Origin: Robiginitalea sp.
GTDB lineage: Bacteria; Bacteroidota; Bacteroidia; Flavobacteriales; Flavobacteriaceae
Length of the DNA stretch: 64,000 bases
NCBI GenBank assembly: GCA_024638915.1
Contig: JAHEJJ010000005.1
Span: forward strand, 670 to 64,669
Direction: 5' to 3'
The notes below the pieces were generated by a model. It did not search any database and was not told the origin of the DNA. It saw only the letters and a list, made by a program, of their open reading frames with translations. The position numbers and the translations under genes were made by a program. Position 1 is the stretch's first letter, and every line of letters begins with the position of its first letter. Below are positions 20,892-29,958 of the stretch, in pieces.

Positions 20892-22388
20892 ATGAAACCT
20901 AATTTTTTACGACTCTTCATCCTGCTAACCTTTAGTGCAGGGATATCGGTATATGCCCAGGAGCGAAAACTTGTGATCGATACCGTAATCCGCACTCAAC
21001 ACAGTGTGACGGCCAACGGTGTCTCATTCAATTATACCGCTCATATAGGAACACAACCTGTATGGGACGAGTCGGGAAAACCGATTGCCTCACTGCACTA
21101 TACATACTACACCAGAAACGATGTAAAAGACCGTACATCCAGGCCTTTACTGATCTCCTTTAACGGAGGTCCCGGATCGGGATCGGTTTGGATGCACCTG
21201 GCGTATTCAGGTCCGAGAGTACTGAATATAGACGATGAAGGATATCCGGTGCAACCCTATGGGGTTAGGGAAAATCCGTATTCGGTTCTCGATGTCACCG
21301 ATATAGTATATGTAAACCCTGCCAATACCGGTTATTCCCGTACTATTCCAGAAACAGGAGATGAAGTAGATCGCAGTAAGTTCTTTGGGATCAATGCTGA
21401 CACAAAATACCTGGCCGAATGGCTCAATACCTTTATTACCAGAAATAATCGTTGGCGTTCACCCAAGTATATTATCGGCGAAAGTTATGGAGGGACCCGT
21501 GTCATGGGTCTTTCTCTAGCATTGCAGAATCAACAGTGGATGTATCTTAACGGAGTCATTATGGTTTCTCCTGCAGATTATAAGGTCATCCGGGCAGGAG
21601 GCCCGGTCAGCAGCGCAATGAACCTCCCCTACTATACAGCCGCAGCCTGGCATCAAAAAGCACTGCCGGCGACATTGCAGTCTAAGGACCTGTTGGAAAT
21701 ATTACCAGAAGCTGAAGATTATACCATCAACACCCTCATTCCGGCCATTGCCAAAGGTGGGTTTATCGGCGAAACGGAAAAGAATACGGTTGCCGAAAAA
21801 ATGGCCTACTATTCGGGGCTCTCCAAGAAAGAAATACTCGACCATAATCTGGTTGTACCTACCTCCTATTTCTGGAAGGCATTGTTGCGCGATAAAGGTG
21901 GATATACCATAGGCCGTCTCGATAGTCGCTATCTCGGAATCGACAAACAACTAGCGGGCGACAAACCGGATTACAATTCCGAGATCACTTCCTGGTTACA
22001 CAGCTTCACCCCGGCAATCAACTACTACCTGCAGGAAGAACTTAAATTCAAAACCGATATCAAATACAATATGTTCGGTCCCGTTCGCCCATGGGACAAC
22101 AAAGACGATAATACGAGAGATAACCTCAGGCAAGCCATGGCGCAGAATCCCTATCTGAATGTCTTGATACAAAGTGGTTATTACGACGGAGCCACTACTT
22201 ATTTCAACGCGAAATACACCATGTGGCAAATCGATCCCAGTGGTCGAATGAAGGATCGTTTCGAATTTAAGGGGTATCGCAGCGGACATATGATGTACCT
22301 CAGAAGAGAGGATCTGGAGAAGGCCAATAATGATATACGCAATTTCATACGCCGGACCCTTCCTAAAGGCAAAAGTGCCAAATATTAA
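20892..22388 (+). CDS. Serine carboxypeptidase (peptidase S10 family), secreted
   Basis: 498 aa with a signal peptide. Contains NGGPGSGS and the catalytic GESYGG motif. Confidence 0.75.
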   Translation: MKPNFLRLFILLTFSAGISVYAQERKLVIDTVIRTQHSVTANGVSFNYTAHIGTQPVWDESGKPIASLHYTYYTRNDVKDRTSRPLLISFNGGPGSGSVWMHLAYSGPRVLNIDDEGYPVQPYGVRENPYSVLDVTDIVYVNPANTGYSRTIPETGDEVDRSKFFGINADTKYLAEWLNTFITRNNRWRSPKYIIGESYGGTRVMGLSLALQNQQWMYLNGVIMVSPADYKVIRAGGPVSSAMNLPYYTAAAWHQKALPATLQSKDLLEILPEAEDYTINTLIPAIAKGGFIGETEKNTVAEKMAYYSGLSKKEILDHNLVVPTSYFWKALLRDKGGYTIGRLDSRYLGIDKQLAGDKPDYNSEITSWLHSFTPAINYYLQEELKFKTDIKYNMFGPVRPWDNKDDNTRDNLRQAMAQNPYLNVLIQSGYYDGATTYFNAKYTMWQIDPSGRMKDRFEFKGYRSGHMMYLRREDLEKANNDIRNFIRRTLPKGKSAKY

Positions 22389-22519
22389 AAATCGCCATAT
22401 ATTAATTCAGCACGATTCTTAGTACTATGATTATATGAGGATTTGCTGATAAAATCATACTAATATACCTGGTAGTTCGTTAAAGGGTTAGATATAATCT
22501 TACTATAACCCTATCCGTT

Positions 22520-23371
22520 ATGAAAAACTACAAAATTCATGGCCTTATAGCCGCTTTTCTTTTAGTATTCTTTATCTCCTGCGACAGCTCGGACGATCCC
22601 GGTTCAGACCTACAGGCGATTGCATTACCGTCATTCGAAACCATGGCGTATGACTTTGAGAGTTTTACCGCTGAACCCGGTTCAGCCCAGGGAATCGCTC
22701 AAAAGGCGGCGCCTAATGGCAACTGGGTCTTTTCCAGGCTTGTTGTCGGAATTTGGAATTCGGCCCTTTTTAATACGCTAGCCATACCGGTGGCATCCTT
22801 CCATGCTGCCATAAATCATGATCCTGAAGTGATCGGAGATCTGAAATGGCAATGGTCGTACTCTGTAAATGGCTTTACCAGTAATTATACCGCTAGGCTG
22901 ACCGGAGAGATCTCCGGGGAGGAAGTCATTTGGGAAATGTACATCACTAAAGAAGGAATTGAAGGTTTCGATAATTTCCTATGGTTTACTGGTGTTTCAG
23001 ACCTAGATGGAAATTCAGGCCATTGGTTACTGATTGAAAGCCCTGAACGCCCTAATCCGATCCTTCGCATCGATTGGGAAAAAGAAGGTGAAGATATCGG
23101 TAGCATTCGCTATACCTGGGTAAGGGAACTTGATGCCAACGAGAACGATGATCTTTTTAAGGATAGCTATCTGCAATATGGACTGCAGGAAGGTGACTTC
23201 GATGCCTATTTCGATGCGCATACCTATGATGAGGGTACTCAGGGTTTTGCCGATATCAGGATTGAATGGAATAGAGCCGACTATTTCGGGCGGGTACGTG
23301 CTCCCAGATACTTTGAAGATGAATTATGGCATTGCTGGGACGGTATGGGAGACGATGTTGTCTGCGAATAA
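22520..23371 (+). CDS. Hypothetical acidic lipoprotein
   Basis: 283 aa. Lipobox VFFISCDSS. Rich in Asp, Glu and Trp. No recognisable family. Confidence 0.55.
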   Translation: MKNYKIHGLIAAFLLVFFISCDSSDDPGSDLQAIALPSFETMAYDFESFTAEPGSAQGIAQKAAPNGNWVFSRLVVGIWNSALFNTLAIPVASFHAAINHDPEVIGDLKWQWSYSVNGFTSNYTARLTGEISGEEVIWEMYITKEGIEGFDNFLWFTGVSDLDGNSGHWLLIESPERPNPILRIDWEKEGEDIGSIRYTWVRELDANENDDLFKDSYLQYGLQEGDFDAYFDAHTYDEGTQGFADIRIEWNRADYFGRVRAPRYFEDELWHCWDGMGDDVVCE

Positions 23372-23398
23372 GCGCACAATGTTCTAAATATACATTAG

Positions 23399-23426
23399 CC
23401 CTGCAGGTATTCTGCAGGGTTTTTTT
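23399..23426 (+). terminator. Rho-independent terminator
   Basis: Stem ccctgcag / ctgcaggg followed by a T run of 7. Confidence 0.8.
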
Positions 23427-23496
23427 GTCGTCCCTATGAAACACTGAATCAGAATATACACATTTTGTATCTTTCCGGTCAAAATCTTTCAGAGCG

Positions 23497-24186
23497 ATGA
23501 CGCATCGACGACTTGCACAAATATTCTTAATTGCCAGTATCGTGTATAATTCTGAAACTCAGGCCCAGGACTGGGCAGATTTGAAACATTTTGCCATGGC
23601 CAATGAAAAGCTCCAGCCGCCTGCTGAAGACGAAAATCGCGTAGTATTCATGGGTAACTCTATCACTATAGGATGGCTGGAACATTATCCGGAATTTTTT
23701 AAAAACAAGCCTTATCTGAACCGCGGCATCGGAGGGCAGACCACTCCACAGATGTTGCTGCGTTTCCGTCAGGACGTCGTGGCATTGAATCCTAAGGTGG
23801 TGGTGCTTCTGGCAGGAACTAATGATATCGCTGGAAATACAGGGCCCATGACCCTCGAGATGATTATGGATAATATTAAAGGGATGATCGAGATCGCAAA
23901 GGCGAATGACGTTAAAGTTGTCCTTGCTTCAGTCCTTCCCGCAGCCGATTACCCATGGAAACCGGGTTGTGACCCGCATCTTAAAATACCCAAACTCAAC
24001 CAAATGCTTTTGGATTATGCCGATGAGCAAGATTTGGTGTTCCTTGACTATTATTCTGCCATGAAAGATGAGCTAAATGGAATGATAGAAGGATTGGCAT
24101 ATGACGGTGTTCATCCGAACAAAGAGGGATATCAGGTTATGGCTCCCTTAACCGAAGTGGCCATTAGAAAGGCCCTTAGACCATAA
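23497..24186 (+). CDS. SGNH/GDSL-family hydrolase (esterase), secreted
   Basis: 229 aa with a signal peptide. Block I GNSIT, block III GTND, block V DGVHPN. Confidence 0.8.
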   Translation: MTHRRLAQIFLIASIVYNSETQAQDWADLKHFAMANEKLQPPAEDENRVVFMGNSITIGWLEHYPEFFKNKPYLNRGIGGQTTPQMLLRFRQDVVALNPKVVVLLAGTNDIAGNTGPMTLEMIMDNIKGMIEIAKANDVKVVLASVLPAADYPWKPGCDPHLKIPKLNQMLLDYADEQDLVFLDYYSAMKDELNGMIEGLAYDGVHPNKEGYQVMAPLTEVAIRKALRP

Positions 24187-24198
24187 GAATATCAATCC

Positions 24199-25380
24199 AT
24201 GAGCAGGAGCATCGCCCTAGTACTAGTCTTAATTTCCATCCAGATAAGCATGGCTCATAAATCCAAACTGCTCATAGACCCGGGTACGGAATTGAAATAT
24301 CAGCATGAGGAGAAGCAGCAGGATGTACCGCTTCGCATCGGGGTTATCGGTTTGGTACATACCCATGTACACTGGATTCTCGGCAGAGAGGACCAGGCTG
24401 ATATCGAGATCGTCGGAATTGTGGAACCCAACAGGGAATTGGCCGCTGAGTATTCCGAAAGACATGGGTTTTCTATGGATATTGTCTACGATACCATGGA
24501 AGAGATGGTCGGCAATACGAAACCCCGGGCGGTAACAGCATTCAATACGATTTATGGACACCTGGAAGTTGTGAAGTTCTGTGCCCCACGCGGCATCCAT
24601 GTGATGGTAGAAAAACCACTTGCGGTGAACTGGGAACACGCTCAGGAAATGATCCAACTTGCAAAAAAGCACAAGATCCATTTGCTCACCAATTATGAAA
24701 CCACCTGGTATGGCAGCAATCATGAAGCGTACAGGCGGATCTACCAGGAAAGGTCTATCGGTGAGATACGAAAAATAGTCTTCCACACCGGACATCCTGG
24801 GCCCATTGAGATTGGATGCAATCCGGAGTTCCTCGAATGGCTGACCGATCCAAAACTTAATGGAGGAGGTGCTTTAACCGATTTTGGCTGTTATGGTGCA
24901 AATCTCAGTACGTGGTTGATGGAAGGTGCAGTACCGCTTACCGTTTCCTGCACGGTTCAACAGATTAAACCCGACCTTTACCCGAAGGTAGAGGACGAAG
25001 CCACAATAATCCTTACTTATCCTAAAACTCAGGTCATTATCCAGGCCTCTTGGAACTGGCCGCATAATGTTAAGGATATGGAGGTCTATGGCAAGGAAGG
25101 ATATATAATATGCAAAAACAGTACTGATATGCTTCAGTTCAATAGTAAGAATGAAAAATTAAACTCCTCTATAGCTCCAGAATTACCCCATGGCTTTCAT
25201 GATCCTTTTGCGCTGCTTCATAAGGTAGTGCTCAAAGGATACCTTCTACCCGCTAACGATCTCTCCGGAACTGAAAACAACCAGATCGTTATGCAAATTT
25301 TAGAGGCTGCCCGACATTCCGCTGATACAGGCAAGACTATACTATGGAATGATTTCTTTAAAGATAAATCTCAGGAATGA
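24199..25380 (+). CDS. Gfo/Idh/MocA-family oxidoreductase, Sec-type signal
   Basis: 393 aa. N-terminal hydrophobic signal, Rossmann segment RIGVIGLVHTH and the EKP motif (VMVEKPLA). Confidence 0.8.
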   Translation: MSRSIALVLVLISIQISMAHKSKLLIDPGTELKYQHEEKQQDVPLRIGVIGLVHTHVHWILGREDQADIEIVGIVEPNRELAAEYSERHGFSMDIVYDTMEEMVGNTKPRAVTAFNTIYGHLEVVKFCAPRGIHVMVEKPLAVNWEHAQEMIQLAKKHKIHLLTNYETTWYGSNHEAYRRIYQERSIGEIRKIVFHTGHPGPIEIGCNPEFLEWLTDPKLNGGGALTDFGCYGANLSTWLMEGAVPLTVSCTVQQIKPDLYPKVEDEATIILTYPKTQVIIQASWNWPHNVKDMEVYGKEGYIICKNSTDMLQFNSKNEKLNSSIAPELPHGFHDPFALLHKVVLKGYLLPANDLSGTENNQIVMQILEAARHSADTGKTILWNDFFKDKSQE

Positions 25381-25392
25381 TATTTTTGATAA

Positions 25393-26811
25393 ATGGCGCC
25401 TGAACAATCCCCTTCGAAAAATTCAATTCAATATTTTTTATCTTCCGGCGATAATCGTTTTATCGATGAGGAAATCGATAGATACGCATCTTTCAAAGAG
25501 GGGAATAGCTATAAAACTGAATTAAGGAATAGCGGAATTTCTTCACGGTTTTTTACAATTTTATACTGTATTGGGGGGCTTTGCCTATTGGTTGGCAGTT
25601 ACGCTTATGCTCAGGGGCCAGAAAAAAAGAATCCATTCCACTTCTCTGCGGAGATCAATCTTGGCAAGACCATGGAAGCGAACACCAACTTCCCTGAAAC
25701 CAAAATGCAAAAGAGCGCTTTTATCAGTATTGGGTGGCGTCAACAGAATTATGATCGCGAATGGGCAAAAAGGCTGAGAAGTCCACGAACAGGTCTTACC
25801 CTGGGTTATACCGATTTCGGAAATAGCGCAAGCATCGGCTACGCGCTTAGCCTTCTCCCCTATCTCGAGCTATTTCCTTTTTCAAAAGACGCTCAACGTT
25901 GGCGACTAAAAACCTCCCTTGGCATTTCCTATCTGAGCAAGCAATTCGACTCGGTCGCCAATCCGTTTAACCGGGCAGTCAGCACCAATTATAAATGGGC
26001 CTTCCGTACACTGCTCTACTATGACCTTTCCAAACGCAGAAGTACGACCTGGAGGATTGGCCTGGGTTATACTCATAATTCAAATGGTCATACCAGATTG
26101 CCCAATCAGGGGCTGAATTCGCTTGTAGCTACGGTAGAAGCTGAATTTATGAGCGATAAATCACTTCGGGCGCTAAAACCCTATATAAAAGATTCGGCTG
26201 CCGTGAAAACCAAAGAAAGATATTTGAACGTCAGGACGAGTATCGGACAGAATGTACTTTCTGAGGTATATAACGACAAAAAGGAAGTGTATTCTTTTGC
26301 CTTCTCCACCGGTAAGATCATCAATTCAACATTTAAGTTAGGGATTGGCATTTTTTACAGGTTATATGAGCATTATTATGACTACATAGACCAGGGCGAA
26401 ACATTGGTGGAAGAATTCTATCCCCATTTTGCCGATAACCCTTTTGTTTATGCTTCAAATTTTGGCGTAATGGCCGAAGGAGAATTACTTTTAGGACATG
26501 TTGGTGCTGAATTTGGCATAGGATTCAATATTTACAAACCCGCTTATAAAATAGACTGGCAACTCAATGAGGGGGATACTTTTTCCAGTGGAGGCGAATT
26601 GGTAACCACCCTGGGTGAACTCGATTCATATTACGAGATCAAACGTTCCATACCAACGAGGTTGGGGCTTAAATGGTATTTTATAAGTACACGGAAATCA
26701 CCTATCCATAATATCTACCTTGGCGCTCACATCAACGCCAATCTCGGACAGGCCGACTTTACAGGGTTAAGCCTGGGATATGAATATCGATTCAAGTCAA
26801 AGAATAAGTAG
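25393..26811 (+). CDS. PagL-like acyloxyacyl hydrolase / lipid A deacylase-family outer-membrane protein with extra C-terminal half
   Basis: 472 aa. GYTHNSNGH matches the HxSNG catalytic motif of the PagL family. Alternating beta-strand pattern. The signal-like segment FFTILYCIGGLCLLVGSYAYAQG begins only about 50 residues after the ATG. Confidence 0.5.
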   Translation: MAPEQSPSKNSIQYFLSSGDNRFIDEEIDRYASFKEGNSYKTELRNSGISSRFFTILYCIGGLCLLVGSYAYAQGPEKKNPFHFSAEINLGKTMEANTNFPETKMQKSAFISIGWRQQNYDREWAKRLRSPRTGLTLGYTDFGNSASIGYALSLLPYLELFPFSKDAQRWRLKTSLGISYLSKQFDSVANPFNRAVSTNYKWAFRTLLYYDLSKRRSTTWRIGLGYTHNSNGHTRLPNQGLNSLVATVEAEFMSDKSLRALKPYIKDSAAVKTKERYLNVRTSIGQNVLSEVYNDKKEVYSFAFSTGKIINSTFKLGIGIFYRLYEHYYDYIDQGETLVEEFYPHFADNPFVYASNFGVMAEGELLLGHVGAEFGIGFNIYKPAYKIDWQLNEGDTFSSGGELVTTLGELDSYYEIKRSIPTRLGLKWYFISTRKSPIHNIYLGAHINANLGQADFTGLSLGYEYRFKSKNK

Positions 26812-26876
26812 GCCGATTATACCATTGATTACTTTTATCATTTTGTTGTGATCATAAACAAGAAGGAACTGTTGGA

Positions 26877-26884
26877 TATATTTG
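26877..26884 (+). promoter_or_regulatory. Candidate -7 promoter element (TATATTTG)
   Basis: Perfect TAnnTTTG match 41 nt upstream of the ATG at 26926. Confidence 0.35.
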
Positions 26885-26925
26885 TTTTCTAGTGAGATGG
26901 GGTATTACATTTACTTTTTTAGCCG

Positions 26926-27930
26926 ATGAGTTTTGACAAGATCAGCATCCTGATGCCTTTCAAAAATACGGCAGAATTCCTTCCGGAATGTTTAGACTCC
27001 ATCCTCGATCAGACATATCTTAATTGGGAGCTCCTGGCGGTAAACGATCACAGTTCTGATCAGAGCAGCTCCATATTGACCCGATATGCCCAACAGGACA
27101 GCAGGATTACAGTAAAAGAGAATGAAGGCAGCGGCATTATTCGGGCACTTCGCACTGCATTTTCAGCCAGTAAAGGCACCTTGATCACGAGAATGGATTC
27201 TGATGATATAATGATCAAATCTAAGCTGGAGAAAATGGCAGCATCGCTGATTCAATCTGGACCCGGGCATATCGCCCTAGGACAGGTCAAGTATTTTTCC
27301 CAAACCGGGATCAGTGATGGATATGCCCGTTATGAAAAATGGATCAACCGCCTTACAGCCAGAGGAAACAATTACACTGAGATTTATAAGGAATGTGTCA
27401 TCCCCTCTCCCGCATGGATGATATATCGAGAGGATCTAGTAAATGCTGGTGCTTTTGAACCCGAGCGATATCCCGAAGACTACGATCTTACATTCAGGTT
27501 TTACAAAAACCAGTTGCACTGTTTGGCCTGTAATGAGGTCCTTCATATGTGGAGAGACTACCCTTCGAGAACCTCCCGAACCAGTGAACACTATGCCCAA
27601 AACTACTTTCTGGATATCAAAGTTCATTATTTTCTAGGCCTGGATCTCGATCTAAACCGACCCCTGGCCCTATGGGGTGCCGGCACAAAGGGAAAGACCA
27701 TAGCCCAACTATTGCTGCGTAAAAATGTGGAGTTTTACTGGTTATGCGACAATCCGAAGAAAATAGGCAAGAATATTTACGGTTGTGAGCTTCTTCCCTT
27801 TACTTTCTTAGAAAGACTTCAAAAACCACAAAGCATCATCAGCGTGGCCAATTCAGAGGCTCAGCAGGAGATAAGAGATTATTTGAACGGTCTTGGATTA
27901 AGTCCGACAGACTCCTTTTTCTTTTGTTAG
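26926..27930 (+). CDS. Family 2 glycosyltransferase
   Basis: 334 aa. N-terminal ISILMPFKN...ELLAVNDHSSD and a DSDD motif (RMDSDDIM) typical of GT-A/GT2. Confidence 0.8.
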   Translation: MSFDKISILMPFKNTAEFLPECLDSILDQTYLNWELLAVNDHSSDQSSSILTRYAQQDSRITVKENEGSGIIRALRTAFSASKGTLITRMDSDDIMIKSKLEKMAASLIQSGPGHIALGQVKYFSQTGISDGYARYEKWINRLTARGNNYTEIYKECVIPSPAWMIYREDLVNAGAFEPERYPEDYDLTFRFYKNQLHCLACNEVLHMWRDYPSRTSRTSEHYAQNYFLDIKVHYFLGLDLDLNRPLALWGAGTKGKTIAQLLLRKNVEFYWLCDNPKKIGKNIYGCELLPFTFLERLQKPQSIISVANSEAQQEIRDYLNGLGLSPTDSFFFC

Positions 27931-28013
27931 TGCCAAATATAATCTTGACAACTTAATGACATTTAACTTTTAATTATCAGAATTATACCTCCATAGTTCG
28001 CCCCTTTAATTGT

Positions 28014-28021
28014 TATATTTG
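28014..28021 (+). promoter_or_regulatory. Candidate -7 promoter element (TATATTTG)
   Basis: Perfect TAnnTTTG match ending 17 nt upstream of the ATG at 28039. Confidence 0.4.
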
Positions 28022-28038
28022 TCAAATCAAAGTTGGGA

Positions 28039-29958
28039 ATGCAGTTTAAATATCCGGAACTTCTTTGGGCCCTATTGCTTCTCCTAATCCCGGTCCTGGT
28101 TCATCTTTTTCAACTTCGAAAATTTAAAAAAACCGCATTTACCAATGTTAGCCTGCTTAAGAAAGTAAGGGCTCAAACACGCAAAAGTCGAACGCTGAAA
28201 AAGTGGTTACTATTGGTGAGCAGGATATTGCTTTTTACAGCTGTGATCTTGTCTTTTGCACAACCCTATTGGGCTTCTGAAACAGCTCTAATACAAAGGG
28301 ATACGGTTATTTATTTAGATGATTCATTTAGCATGCAGGCTCATTCAGAATCCTCAGATCTTTTACAGGCAGCCATTCAGGATCTGATCAAAGAGCTCCC
28401 TCCCAACCGCTATTTGAGTTTGTTTACCAATGAACACACTTTTAAGCAGGTAACCCCGGCAAGAATTCAAAATGAATTGCTAGGCCTAAAACACTCTTTC
28501 CGGCAGTTGAACCTGCAGGAGGTGGCGATCAAGGCCAGGTCTTTGTTTCACTCCACACCCGGCAGTAAAAAAGAACTCTGGATCATCTCAGACTTTCAGC
28601 AGTCGATGTACCAACTGAAAGACTCTATACCCGATACTGAGGTGCATTTAGTACATCTTCTTCCCCAGGCTCTTTCCAATATAAGCCTGGATTCTGTATT
28701 TGTGAACAATTCGACTCCAACTCAAGTGGAATTAAAGGTGCTTTTGAGCAGCAACGGAGAGATAGAAAGTACGCCAATCTCGATTTGGAATAAAGATCAA
28801 CTGATCGCCAAGACTGCGGCTAAATTTGGTGAAAATGGGACGGCGGAAGTCGATTTTAGCCTGCCGAAGAACTCTGTGATTGACGGTAAAATTCAACTCA
28901 ATGATACCGGTTTGACCTACGACAACCAATTGTACTTTAATATAAATGCAAAAAAGAAAGTTAAGATTCTTATCGTTGGTGATATATCCGCGGATTTTCT
29001 CAAGCGGATATTTGTTGAGAGTGAAACTGATCTTGCATCATATACCCTCAATAAACTGAATTATTCGACTATTGATCAACAGGACCTTATTGTCCTCAAC
29101 CAATTGGAGCGCATACCAGCTTCACTTCAAAATGCTTTGGCATCCTTCAAGAATGAGGGTGGAAGCCTGGTGGTGATACCTGGCACAAATGCTGACCTTG
29201 AGAGCTACAACAGACTTATGGGCGATCGTTTCGGCACCTATTATGATACATATGTAGACACTGAACAATTGATAAGCACGATTGCATTCGATCATCCGCT
29301 TTACAAAAATGTATTTGAAACATCGGTAAGCAACTTCCAATACCCAAGAGTAGCCGGCTACCATAAAATAAGAAGCAGGGCGCCTGGTATATTGAGATTT
29401 CAAAACGGTGACCCTTTTTTATCGGGCGGCGATGGTCTGTATTTCTTTACAGCCCCAATCGATCGAAATAATTCGAATTTTAGGAATTCTCCTCTTATAG
29501 TTCCCAGTTTTTATAACATAGGCGCCTTCAGCCTTAATCTACCGTCACTTTATCATGTCCTTAGCTCCAGCACGCGGATCGACATTCCTGTTGCGCTGCA
29601 AAATGATGAAATTGCCAGGGTTGTTAAAAATGATTACGAGTTCATCCCTTTGCAAAGGTCTTTTTCGAATAAAACCACCCTCGATTTCGAAGAGTATCCA
29701 TCGGAGGACGGTATCTTTAATATTGTTTTAAAGGATTCCATAGTAAGCAAGATCAGTTTTAACTACCCGAGAACGGAGAGCGACTTAACCTATGCCGATC
29801 TTGCCAACGCCCCTGTTAATAGCATAAATAAAGATATTCCTGAGCTGGTTTCAATTATGGAAGACAGCAATAAAGTAAAGGAGCTTTGGCAATGGTTTAT
29901 TATTTTAGCCCTGCTCTTCGTACTGACAGAAGTTCTTGTGCAAAAATTTATTAAATGA
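28039..29958 (+). CDS. BatA-domain (aerotolerance-operon N-terminal domain) membrane protein
   Basis: MQFKYPELLWALLLLLIPVLVHLFQLRK is the characteristic BatA N-terminal TM motif. There is a C-terminal TM helix. The ATG at 28039 is preferred to the TTG at 28033. Confidence 0.7.
   Translation: MQFKYPELLWALLLLLIPVLVHLFQLRKFKKTAFTNVSLLKKVRAQTRKSRTLKKWLLLVSRILLFTAVILSFAQPYWASETALIQRDTVIYLDDSFSMQAHSESSDLLQAAIQDLIKELPPNRYLSLFTNEHTFKQVTPARIQNELLGLKHSFRQLNLQEVAIKARSLFHSTPGSKKELWIISDFQQSMYQLKDSIPDTEVHLVHLLPQALSNISLDSVFVNNSTPTQVELKVLLSSNGEIESTPISIWNKDQLIAKTAAKFGENGTAEVDFSLPKNSVIDGKIQLNDTGLTYDNQLYFNINAKKKVKILIVGDISADFLKRIFVESETDLASYTLNKLNYSTIDQQDLIVLNQLERIPASLQNALASFKNEGGSLVVIPGTNADLESYNRLMGDRFGTYYDTYVDTEQLISTIAFDHPLYKNVFETSVSNFQYPRVAGYHKIRSRAPGILRFQNGDPFLSGGDGLYFFTAPIDRNNSNFRNSPLIVPSFYNIGAFSLNLPSLYHVLSSSTRIDIPVALQNDEIARVVKNDYEFIPLQRSFSNKTTLDFEEYPSEDGIFNIVLKDSIVSKISFNYPRTESDLTYADLANAPVNSINKDIPELVSIMEDSNKVKELWQWFIILALLFVLTEVLVQKFIK

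Noticed and set aside
24229-24795. 188-aa ORF on the minus strand
   Set aside because: It lies entirely antisense to the well-supported Gfo/Idh/MocA oxidoreductase gene (24199-25380) and has no motifs, promoter or terminator. It is a shadow ORF.
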